Counted from the stretch's first letter, positions 14,185 through 26,061 are shown. The stretch: DNA of 64,000 nt from Octopus sinensis (GCF_006345805.1 NC_043019.1:15685360-15749359), one strand, 5' to 3'. A program made the numbers and translations. The notes: generated by a model from the letters alone, not told the origin.

Positions 14185-14185
<1 letters not shown>
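13981..14185. mobile_element. (TA)n-inserted hairpin element, probable Penelope-like terminal repeat fragment with hammerhead-like core
   Basis: Flanked by (TA)n on both sides. Perfect 32-bp inverted repeat (14052-14083/14154-14185) plus a nested 13-bp one. Motif ctgt-CCGATGA-N10-GAAAC-tcaga-GTA-acag at 14115-14152. Confidence 0.6.
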
Positions 14186-14218
<33 letters not shown>

Positions 14219-15000
14219 GTATCAGGCATGTGCCATTAATAATTACTCAGAGTAGGCAGTTGGTGACCTTTATGTAGTAAAACACACAAAAAAATAAGTG
14301 AAACACAGGCACGTGACTGAGTCGAAGGCAGAATCGTTAGCATGCTGGGCAAAATGCTTAGTGGCATTTGGTCCATCCTTATGTTCTGAGTTCAAATTCC
14401 ACCAAGGTCAACTTCGCCTTTCATCTTTTAGGGTCGATAAATTAAGTACCAGTGAAACACTGGGGTCATTGTAACTGACTGGCCCTCTCCCCCAAAATAG
14501 CTGCCCTTGTGGCAAAATTTGAAACTATTATTATTATTCTATTATGTATTTTTAAAAAAAGATTGCAAGATAAAATTTGAAGTAGATTTGCTTGCTAATC
14601 CTAGAAGTTCTTGCAACCGCATGAAGGAGGCTCCATCCATTTTTTCGTTATCGATAGTGTTGCTACATACTTAGTTGTAAGAGGAATGATTCTATTTATA
14701 GAACTCAGTTAATTGTAGAACTTGTACATAATTAATTCTAGTGGATTGGGTGACTGCATCAAGGCTCCTTCTGTCTTTTGGAATAGATAGTCTTGCTGTA
14801 AAGCTGTAAGAGGACCAATTTCATATACAGAACTCAATTAATTGTTGAACATTTGTATAATCGAGCAACTTCATTAATTTATTTGTTGGTTTTTTTTTAC
14901 TTGGGTTGCATTACTGAGAGGAGGAAAAGCCCAATTAAATATAATAACTTACAGTTTTTCAATATCGGAGAAAGGTTACCTATTTAGAATAAAAGATGTG

Positions 15001-15865
15001 TACTCGGTGGTATGGAAAGGTTCCAGGACTAGTTATGGTTAATAAAAAAAATAACTTACTTACCGAATCCCCTTTGAAATAGTAACCTTGTGCAGCAATA
15101 CATCAGACCCAGATTTCCTGCCACTTTTGGAATTCATCCTGGAATTTTTTATCCATAAGCGAGTCAAAGACCTTCTACGATTCACTCTGGATCTTGACAA
15201 CAGGGTTAAAACGGTGACCTTTGAGCTGCATTTTCATCTTGGGGAAGAGATCGAAGTCTATAGGTGCTACATCTGGTGAATAAGGTGGATGCAGAAGTGA
15301 TACCATGTTATTTTTGGTGAGAAACTCACAAGTGAGGAGAGTTCAGTGACAGGGAGCATTGTCATCATGAAGAATCCGGTTCTTCACGCTCCACAAATTT
15401 GGTGGCTTTCGCCATATGTCTTCCCTCAAATGCTTCAAAATGTCATAGTAGAACTCTCAACTAATGGCCTGGCCCTAGGGGACGAATTCTTGATGCACAA
15501 TAACACATTTCCAGTGGAGTAACACTCGTGACAGTGCTTCCAGATTATTCATCGTCTTTCAGGGACGTTCTTCTGCTTTTGAAGTGCCAGTGCCACTCAA
15601 AACATTGCGTACAACCCATTGCCTCATTGCCATAAGCTTGCCAAAGCATGCTCAATGTCTCTGTAGCAGACTTCCTGTCCATGACAAAATTGCAGGCTAC
15701 AGCATACATGTGATCACAAAACACACATTTTACAACTTGTGAAATAAACACAGCAATGTCATTTGGAACACTGCTTCATGAAGGTCATTGCTAGCTCTCA
15801 TTGTGCTCACAACCATGTGCTGCCGTCTGTTGGCATGCTACAGAACTTTTTGATACCACCTGGTA
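15001..15865 (-). mobile_element. Internally deleted mariner (DD34D) transposon
   Basis: Imperfect TIRs TACTCGGTGGTATGGAAAGGTTCC and revcomp TACCAGGTGGTATCAAAAAGTTCT with TA ends. N-terminal HTH ATETLSMLWQAYGNEAMGCTQCFEWHWHFKSRRTSLKDDE. C-terminal DNAPCH*...HPPYSPDVAPIDF has 34 residues between the Asp residues, then QGYYFKGD. An in-frame stop is present and the middle is missing. Confidence 0.9.
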
Positions 15866-16850
15866 TTATCACTAGCAGTGCTCCAACATGGGTATGGCCT
15901 TGGGGCTGAAATGTATAGAAGAAAAAAAGAATAAACACATGGGTCTGTTAAGTTGTGAGAAGAAATTTGGGTGAAGGTGTTTAGACAGGGCTGTTTTGAT
16001 TTGTATAATGATCCTTTTAGGGATTTTTCAGGATCTATTGTATCATTGCAATGACCAGTAAAAACAAATTCGTATGTGTACTTGTAGAGTGTACATGTGG
16101 AAGGAGTAGACCCAGGAAGACGTGGGATGAAGTGGGGAGAAAGGATCTTCAGATGTTGGGCCTCACAGAAGAGATGACAGGGGATGGAGATATGTGGTCA
16201 TCCTTGCATGTAGGCATGTCCCCAACATCCTTCTTCAGCTGAGTGTTCCTAATTTTGCAAGCTCATGGGTACCACTGATGCCATGTAAAAAGCACCCTTG
16301 CTGGTGCCGTGTAATGGCATCTGTGCTGGTGCTGTGTAAAAGCATCCACTCCACTCTGCAAAGTGGTTGGCATCCAGCCATAGAAACTGAGCCAAAACAG
16401 ACGTGGAACCCAGGCTGCTCTCATGTTGGCCAGCTCCTGTGAAGCTGTCCAACCCATGCCAGCATGGAAAACAGATGTTTGATGGTGGTGGTGCTGATTA
16501 TGATGATTATGATGATAATTAATAACGGTTTGATTTCGGTCTGTGCAACCCTAAAGTTTAGTTTCATTGGCTCATTAAACCTAACTCATCAGAGACCTTA
16601 AGTTTAGGCCTGCTGCATATACTCTGGCTCTTTTCACTCTGAGTTCAAATCCTGCCAAGGTCAACTTTGCCTTTCTTTCCTTCAGGGCCGATAAAAATAG
16701 AGTAACAGTCAAGTTCTATTGCTGATACCATCAACTAACAGATTGCTGGTTTTGTATCTCAATAAAATACAATTATTACTGAACTAATATTACTCACCCA
16801 AACACACACAATCATGCATTTCACAGTGTTTGTCAATCTCTGTCTGTCTG

Positions 16851-16882
<32 letters not shown>

Positions 16883-17135
16883 CCCCACCTCCCTCCTCCA
16901 TCTCTCTCTCTCTCTCTCTCTCCTCAGTTGCTGCAGGATGAAAGCTCTTATCTAGACTATTAAGTAGGCAGTCTTCTACAGTGTGAAGTAAACTTGGTTG
17001 TTCTTTTAGGGATACAAATATACGATGCAGCTGAGAACTTTACTTAGTTATACTACTGACAATAATAATGTAATGTGTATATGTATATTTATGTGTGTGT
17101 GCATAGGCATGGCTGTGTGGTAAGAAGGTTACTTC

Positions 17136-17553
17136 ATAAAGGCGGCGAGCTGGCTGCAACGCTAGCACGTCGGGCAAAATGCTTAGCCGTATTTCGTCTG
17201 TCGTTACGTTCTGAGTTCAAATTCTGCCGAGGTCAACTTTGCCTGTCATCCTTTCGGAGTTGATAAACTAAGTACCAGTTACGCACTGGGGTCAATATAA
17301 TCGACTTAATCTGTTTGTCTGTCCTTGTTTGTCCCCTCTGCGTTTAGCCCCTTGCGGGTAGTAAAGAAATAGGTATATCGCCTGTCTTTATGTTCTGAGT
17401 TCAAATTCCGCCGAGGTCGACTTTACCTTTCATCCATTCAGGGTCGATAAATTAAGTACCAGTTATTCACTGGGATTGATGTAATCGACTTAATCCCTTT
17501 GTCTGTCCTTGTTTGTCCCCTCTACGTTTAACCCCTTGTAGGCAATAAAGAAA
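17136..17553 (+). mobile_element. Family A SINE dimer nested in a family B head
   Basis: GGCGGCGAGCTGGC...GAGTTCAAATTC...CTTTCATCCTTTCGG...AAGTACCAGTT body occurs twice. The 15-bp TSD TAAGAAGGTT(A/G)CTTC lies at 17121-17135 and 17554-17568. Confidence 0.85.
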
Positions 17554-18732
17554 TAAGAAGGTTGCTTCCCAACCGTGTCTTCTGTTCTATGAATGGATTT
17601 TTGGATGGTATTCATCTTAATTTTCCCCTATAAATGCATATGTCATCATCATCATTATCATGCTGGCATGGGTTGTACGGTTTGGCAGGATCTGGCCAGC
17701 TGGAGAGCTACACCAGGCTCCAATTGTCTGTTTTGGCATGGCTTCAATGGTTGGGTGTCCTTCCCAATGGTAACCACTTTATAGTGTCACTGGGTGCTTT
17801 TTATGTGGCACCAGCATGGTTACTTTTTATGTGGCATCAGATGATGAGCTTCTGCAGTTTCTCTTTAAGAAATCCTGCTGACAAAACATTGTTTGATCCA
17901 AATCAATAATAGATGCTCAACTGATGCACCACTGTGAATGGAATTGAACCCTCAATCATGAGACTGTACAGCAAACCTCTTACCACTCAGCTAAGCAGCA
18001 TCTACATCTGTTTTCTGTTTCACTTTAAAATGTGTGATTTCCATTTGAGAAATTCATTAAACGAACAAACGAACGTTAAAAACACACAGACATGGTGGAA
18101 ATTTCTGGAAATTTCACCAAATTTTTTGCCTTTCTGTCATTTTTTTTTATATATATTTTTTATTGTTATACATTTTGTCTATTTTTATTTTTTCTCAGAG
18201 AAAATGAGTTTTTCTCCTTTTCTGTTTGGTATCAGACATTCTGTCTTCAATTAGAACAATCTAAATTGTGGAACAGAAATATATTGGCTTATGTTTTTTT
18301 TTCATTTATTTATTTGTTATTTTTAATTAGTCTATCCTGCAACAACAGTGGAAGCCACTTATTATAATCTTATGATCATGGATAATGTTATATCAAACAG
18401 TTATTATTATTATTTTTATATATATATTAAAATTAGTGTGTTCCAAACATATTTGGGACATTATTTATTTCTTTGTCTTAATGCTATCAGCCTGTTATTG
18501 CTTTCTGAAAGGTTCTATTCCAAAGCAATCACAATAAGCAGCTTCTATATTGGTGTGTGTGTGTGTATGTGTGTGTGCAGGCATAGCTATGTGGTAAGAA
18601 GCTTGCTTCCCAATCACATGGTTTTAGATTCAGTCCCACTGTGTGGCACCTTTGGCAAGTGTCTTCTACTATCATGTTGGGCTGACCAAAACCTTGTGAA
18701 TGGATTTGGTAGATGGAAACTGGAAGAAGTCT

Positions 18733-18763
<31 letters not shown>

Positions 18764-18765
18764 AC

Positions 18766-18877
18766 GCGAGAAAGAAGCAACAAGAATGGATAGGTTTTTA
18801 GTACGATCGTTTCATACAAGTCCTTGTATGAAACGATCGTACTAAAAACCTATCCATTCTTGTTGCTTCTTTCTCGC
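18766..18877. repeat. Perfect palindrome with 55-bp arms and 2-nt loop
   Basis: 18766-18820 is the exact reverse complement of 18823-18877. It sits directly after a (TA)n tract. Confidence 0.95.
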
Positions 18878-19020
18878 TTATAATCACCCCACATTACTGT
18901 ATTGTTAAATCAGTATAGTTTTTTTGTGCATCTAAGTTAGGTACCATATTCAAGTAAATTTTTAAAATTAACTTGAATCTTTATTGCTCTTTGAAATTAT
19001 ATATATATATATATATCTGT

Positions 19021-19215
19021 GCAGGTGGCACGTAAAAAGCACCCACTACACTCATGGAGTGGTTGGCGTTAGGAAGGGCATCCAGCCGTAGAAACATTGC
19101 CAGATCAGACTGGGCCTGGTGCAGCCTTCTGGCTTCCCAGACCCCAGTTGCACCGTCCAACCCATGCTAGCATGGAAAGCGGACGCTAAACGATGATGAT
19201 GATGATGATGATGAT
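19021..19215 (+). mobile_element. Family C SINE, young copy
   Basis: Same body and (GAT)n tail. Other copies include about 5100-5400(-), 11340-11560(-), 13375-13560(-), 16270-16480(+), 17640-17830(-), 30155-30305(+), 34266-34456(-), 51640-51810(-), 53515-53790(+), 58295-58470(-), 59500-59630(+) and 61640-61980(+). Confidence 0.85.
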
Positions 19216-19664
19216 ATATATATATATATACGTGTGTGTGTGTGCACATCTTTATGTCTGTTTGTCCCCACCACTGCTTGGCAACTGGTGTTAGTAGTAT
19301 TTACATCTACTTAACTTCGCAGTGCAGCAATAAAAGAGACCGATAGAATATGTACCAGGTTTAAAAATAAACTAAATGGACTGGGGTCAATTCATTCGAC
19401 TAAAAGGTCTTCAAGGAGCTTGATGCCAATGTCATTGCAGACATTACTTTCAGAGCACAATAAACCAGAACCAATACCACAAGGCACTTGCCCAACATTC
19501 TAATAGTTCCACCAATTCACAGCCTGGGGATGATGCATTTTTTTTTTCATTGGCCCCAACAGGAAGAGAGGCGAAGCTGACCTCAGAAGGATTTGAACTT
19601 AGAGCAAATAGAGTTGTAACAAACACTGAAGTATTCTGCTCAACATTCTAATGAATCCTTGTAA

Positions 19665-19955
19665 TTGACCTGGCAAGGGAGCCCTAATAATTGATCTGCC
19701 AGGGGAGCTCTTATACTTAACCTGACAAGGGAGCCCTTATAATTGACCTGGCAAGGAAGCCCTTATAATTGATCTGGCAAGGGAGCTCTTATACTTGACC
19801 TGGCAAGGGAGCCCTTATAATTGATCTGGCAAGGAAGCCCTTATAGTTGATCTGGCAAGGGAGCCCTTATAATCGATGTGGCAAGGGAGCCCTTATAATT
19901 AATCTGGCATGGGAGCCCTTATAATTGATCTGGCATGAGAGCCCTTATAATTGAT
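19665..19955. repeat. 26-bp minisatellite, about 11 units
   Basis: Unit TTGATCTGGCAAGGGAGCCCTTATAA repeated head-to-tail without spacers. Confidence 0.95.
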
Positions 19956-21051
19956 GTGTGTGTTTGTGTCCAGTGTTGCTGTGTTTACATTCCTGTAACT
20001 TAGTAGTTTGGCAAAAGTGACCAATGGAATAAGTCTTAGGCTTAAAAGAAAAAGAATATAAATACTAAGGCCTGTTCTTAACACCAACCATTTTACAGGG
20101 TGGACTGGGTACTTTTAAGTGGTACCTGCACTGACAGGGTTACCAAGTACTTGCAAGAGAAAAAAAAAAAACTTTCAAGAGGGGAGGGGCATTGGTGGAA
20201 GTGATCTTGTGTCAGATGAAAGATTATAGTAAGACAGAGAGATGGGAACAGGTGTCTTGCTGTAGAGGAAGTACAAGGTTACTCAGCCAGAGAGAGAGAG
20301 AGAGATCAGGAATGAGGACAGAAACAGGTGCACTACTGCAAAGGAAATACATGGTTACCCAAAGTGAGGGAGATGCAGGTGTGGGAGACAGCAGGATGGA
20401 GATGGTGGCAAAATGCCGGACATACTCACAAGAGACAGAGATCAGAATATAAATGGGATGGTTGAGTAAAGGAAGAGAGAAATATAGATGGTGGCAAGTG
20501 CCAGGGCACACCCTTGAGGTTTGAAACGCCATAATATAAGTGGCAGGATTTTGCAAAGGAAATGTGATTAAAGAGTGTGGAGGGGGAGTGGTGAAAACCT
20601 GGGAAGTGTTCTTGTTAAGTGTGGGTGGGACGAACACTCTGTGCTTCTAGAACTCAGTTTCGCTGACATGGGCAAGTCTTCTCTAGGACTTCATATCGCC
20701 AGACATCTCAGTCCATTGTCATTTCCTCCGTATGCCCAGCAACCTGAGATTGGCTCTTACTATATATATATAATCATTGTGTGTGTGTCTTTGTGTCGTT
20801 GTTCCCCACCACTGCTTGACAACCAGTGTTGGTGCGTTTATGTCCCTGTTACCTAGTGGTTTGGCAAATGTGACCAATAAAACAAATACCAGGCTTTAAA
20901 AGAGAAAAAAGTTCTGGGGTTGATTTGTCCAGCTAAAACCATTCAGGGTGGTGCCCCAACATGGCTGCGGCCAAGTAACTAAAACAAGTAAAAGAAAGAT
21001 ATGTGTGTGTGTATGTATGTATGTGTGTATATATGTATGTATGTATGTATA

Positions 21052-21111
<60 letters not shown>

Positions 21112-21370
21112 TGTACTTATGTTTTTTTGTGATGTTTTATTTTGTATAAAGGTCTCAATAGGTTTCTAAGTACATGTATAACCTTGTCGCTGACAACCTA
21201 GTGACAGAGATATTTTTAATAAAAAATATTTTTCAAGGAAGCAAAATTATAAACCAATTTATTTGATTTGCAAAGATGTTGCTTCTCAGTTACTAATTCA
21301 AACAAACCTAGACAAGCATTACAATAAAAGACACAAAAATCGAAGTTTACCAGTACTTTTATAATTACCA

Positions 21371-22270
21371 TTGTTGCCTAACCTCAGATCAGCCCTTTGA
21401 TCCAGTAGATCTGTGATCAAAGGTGGATCAACCTTAGCCAGTTTGTTGTTGCCTAGCTGTAGACCAACCCTTTGATCCAGCAGATCTGTGATCAAAAGTG
21501 AATTGGCTGTAGTCATCTTGTTATTGCCTAATCTTTGATCAGCCCTTTGATCCAGTAGATCTGTGATCAAAGGTGAATCAGCCTTGGCCAGCTTGTTGTT
21601 GCCTAACCTCAGATCAGCCCTTTGATCCAGCAGATCTGTGATCAAAAGTGAATTGGCTGTAGTCAGCTTGTTATTGCCTAATCTTGGATCAGCCCTTTGA
21701 TCCAGTAGATCTGTGATCAAAGGTGGATCAACCTTAGCCAGTTTGTTGTTGCCTAACCTCAGATCAGCCCTTTGATCCAGCAGATCTGTGATCAAAAGTG
21801 AATCAGCTGTAATCAACTTGCTGCCTAATCTTGGATCAGCCCATTGATCCAGCAGATCTGTAATCAAAGGTGAATCAGCCTTGGCCAGCTTGTTGTTGCC
21901 TATTCTTGGATCAACCCTTTGATCCAGCAGAACTGTGATCAAAAGTGAATCAGCTGTAATCAACTTGCTGCCTAATCTTGGATCAGCCCATTGATCCAGC
22001 AGATCTGTAATCAAAGGTGAATCAGACTTGGCCAGCTTGTTGTTGCCTATTCTTGGATCAACCCTTTGATCCAGCAGAACTGTGATCAAAAGTGAATCAG
22101 CTGTAATCAGCTTGTTGTTGCCCAATCTCAAATCAGCCCTTTGATCCAGCTGATCTGTGATCAAAGGTGAATCAGCCTTGGTCAGCTTGTTGTTGCCTAA
22201 ACTCAGATTAGCTCTTTGACCCAGTAGATCTGTGATTGAAGGTGAATCAGCCATGGTCAGCTTGATGTTG
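21371..22270. repeat. 75-bp minisatellite, about 12 units, dimeric higher-order structure
   Basis: Unit approx. GATCAGCCCTTTGATCCAGTAGATCTGTGATCAAAGGTGAATCAGCCTTGGCCAGCTTGTTGTTGCCTAACCTCA. Two units are 72 bp. The minus-strand frame is open across the array. Confidence 0.95.
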
Positions 22271-22347
22271 TTGCTGAGCAGCAAAGTTACACAGATGTAA
22301 ACAAACCTACACCAGCTGGCAGATGGTGAGTGATAAATGCAACAGAA

Positions 22348-22385
<38 letters not shown>

Positions 22386-22963
22386 GCATGCACAAACATT
22401 GATGTTTACAAGGAAGAGCATGAAAGATATAAGTGGATCAGTGAATCTAGACGCATGCTTATGTTGTTAAAACGATGAAGCAAAAATGTCTTGTTGATGA
22501 ACATATGCCATGATCAAGCTCTCTCGACCAGAATAGAATCTGGAGACTGATCCAGTGTAACTCAATCACCTTTAGAAATGGCTCTGACTGTTCAAGAAAT
22601 CAACAGCGCATTACTTGAAACGACTTGAAATAATTCTTATCTTATCTGCATTGACTGTGGATTTCTTGTTACAAAGTCGACTTTTATTTATTTATTTATT
22701 TATTTAAAAAAAAGATAAAATGTAAATTTTAAGAAAGAAGTGCATTTATCTAAATAATTGACTTGTTTGTGATTCTATCAATGATTTTTTTTTCCCCCCT
22801 TATGTAAAGTATCAAGTCTTTTGAGATGCAGAGGGGGGAAGGGGAAGGGGGGGGGGCGAGTTTTAGCTTTCAATTTTTAACTGCTAAACATTTTAGCTCC
22901 TTTCTGTCTGTATAACTTGTTCCAATACATATTTCTGTCACTGTGACATTGAAATAAACTGAT

Positions 22964-22995
<32 letters not shown>

Positions 22996-23339
22996 TTTTA
23001 TTATCAGTGTTATTATTATTATTATTGTCATTATTATTATTATTTTTCCAAATAGCTGCGATTTATCAAATTCGAAGTGAAAAGTATTTGTCAGCTTCTA
23101 ATTGATTTCTCAAACTGTCAATTATTTTCAAAACATGTCTGTAATTTTCACAATACAATAAAAGAGAGGAAAAAAAATACATAACAAATATGATACAGAA
23201 AAAAAAAATTAAACAATAACAGGAAAATAAACAAATAAAAACAGAAACCAGTCTCTTTGAATGAATGCTGTGAAAACTGCCAACAGCTTAAACAGGGCTA
23301 TTTTCTTTTGATAATCGCAAACAACTAGAACAAAATGCA

Positions 23340-23730
23340 CATATATATATATACATATATATACACACACATATATTTGCACATGCATATTTATGTATGT
23401 ATCCACACACACACACACACATATATATATATACACCTATTTACATATATATATATATAAATATGTGCATGTGTGTGTTTATATATGTGTATATATATAA
23501 TGTATATATATATGCGTGTATTTGTATATGTGTGGGTATATATATATGTATGTATATACATATGCATGTATATATATATATATGTATATATATATATGCA
23601 TGTATATATAGGTATGTATATATCTATGTATATATTTATGTATATGTATGTATATGTATGTGTATATATATATAAATATGTCTATATGTATATGTATGTA
23701 TGTCTATATATATATATATATGTAGGTGTG

Positions 23731-23763
<33 letters not shown>

Positions 23764-24110
23764 ATATATATATATATGTGTCTATGTATGTATGTGTGTT
23801 ATATATGTGTGTATGTATATATATATATATACATATATGTGTATGTATGTACATATACACATATGTGTGTATGTACCAATATATATATGTATATATATGT
23901 TGTGTGTATGTACCGATATATATATGTTGTGTGCATATACATATATATATATGTATGTGTATATATATATATATTTGTATATATGTATGTGTGTATGTAT
24001 ATGTGTATATATGTGTATGTGTGTATACACACACACACACACATATATACATATATATCATATACACACACACACATATATATATATATATGTGTGTATG
24101 TATGTATGTA
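23340..24110. repeat. Compound (TA)/(TG)/(CA) microsatellite, about 770 bp
   Basis: Near-continuous alternating purine-pyrimidine sequence. It is the source of many spurious Y/I/V/C-rich ORFs. Confidence 0.95.
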
Positions 24111-26015
24111 TCCAAAAATGAAATTCTCCAGCATTTTTCTTTTTCTCTGAGATACCTATATTACCAATACAACAGTGCATAAATCGGTTATATTTATAGC
24201 ATAATATAAAATTGTGATAAATGGTATTTTTTTTCTTTGTACGGCACCACCGAAGCACCGAATTAAATGGCTATTTCAAAATAATAATAATAGTAATAAT
24301 AATAATGATGATGATGATAAATATATAAAATAAAGAAAGTTCTGTTAGAATTGTTGACTGTTGTCCTTTATAGATGTGTGTGACCAATATTTTTTCAGGT
24401 TTGAGGAAATAAAAAATAAAAAAAGTAGAGATATATATAAAAAAAAAATCCATGTAAATTGACATTGTCTCGAAACTAACTGTGATTCTATAAAAACCAA
24501 GTCTAAAGACTGTTGTGTGTTCTGTTGAGCAAAACTAATTTTATATCGCACTTATTTTTATATATCCATGGTTACCAATGTGAAAATGACCTTCTTTTCC
24601 AACGTTTAGTGTATACGTACATGTCTCATCTTGTCTTTTCTTCTCACAGATATAAACCTTAACTTAGTGTTCAGTTTTTTTATGTTTCACATTTGTTCTT
24701 TTTATTCTTTGACTTGTTTCTCCCGTGTGTCTGTGGCCATGCTTGGGCACTGCCTTCAATGGCTTATTTTTGTTTTTATCCAATTATCTGACCTGGATGC
24801 TCTTTCTGTTGCTAACCCTCTTCTCTTTCCAAGGAGGCAATATTTCTCCATGGCTTGACATGTTTTCACAACAGATTGGAAACAAAAAAAAAAACTACTT
24901 GTAAAAAGGTGATACTCATTTTACAACTACGATGGTAATCAAGACACCACACACACACACACACACAATTATGCTCACCTGCAAATATATCTAATAATGG
25001 TCTCAAATTTTACCTCAAGACCAGCAATTTCGTGTGGGGAGGGAGAGTCAATTATATCAATCCCCATACTCAACACCAAAAGGATGAAAGGTGAAGTTGA
25101 CCTCAATGGAATTTGAACTGATAATGTAAAGACAAACGAAACTGCATCAAACATTTTACCTGGCATGCTAACGACTCTGCCAGCTTGCCACCTTATATAT
25201 AATAATGCCATGTAAATGTTGGATTTATACTTTTGGACCAAAGCAATCCTTTGAAATTCTTTATCCATCTTTGAAGCTTTGTTCTTACCAGTGCCCTGTG
25301 ATAGTTAAGTTGTGAGGCCTCTTACTTGGACAGGGCCCCATTGACCAGAAGACCCTTACAGAGCCCCTGGACAACGGGACCCTGTGCTTAAGCACACCTA
25401 AGCACAATGGTAAATCCAGTGCTGGTTCTTACCTGCAAGAATTGTATGTTCTTGACATGATAAAAATTTATAAATTTTTAGAGAATGTGAAATAATTCAT
25501 TTTTAGCTGTAGAGCTTGAAGTAGATGAAGCTATAAAAAATAGTTTGTAAATACATCAACAACAACCAACATCAGATATCATCACCACCATCATTTAACA
25601 ACATCCATTAACCCTCTTGCTACCACATTTCAGTTGATTTCCACTGATTTCGTTTCAATTAATTTTGAAAATTATAATAACATTTTTTAAATAACTTTGT
25701 CAGCATTAAGTTGGTGTTTTGAAAATAAATTAACCTGAAATTTAATTTAGATCACTTTAAAAAATAAGAAGTTTGTATCAGAACAAAGAGCAGTTTCAGT
25801 GGGTGAGGTAGTATCAAAAGGGTTTTAAAAAATATCTTCTATTAGGCCCAGGCATGGCTGAGTGGTAAGAAGTTTGATTCCCTACTACATGACTCTGAGT
25901 TCAGTCCCACCGTATGTCACCTTGGGTGAGTGTCTTCTACTATAACCTCTTGTCGACTAAAGCTTTGTGAGTGGATTTGGTAGATGGAAACTGAAGGAAG
26001 CCCGTAGTGTGTGTG

Positions 26016-26061
<46 letters not shown>

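Noticed and set aside
19665-22270. CRISPR-like appearance of the 26-bp and 75-bp palindromic repeats
   Set aside because: Head-to-tail units without unique spacers, no cas genes, eukaryotic context.
23397-24182. Multiple overlapping long ORFs up to 225 aa
   Set aside because: Translations of (TA)/(TG)/(CA) microsatellite. The same applies to 975-1367, 4776-5102, 43141-43531 and similar calls.
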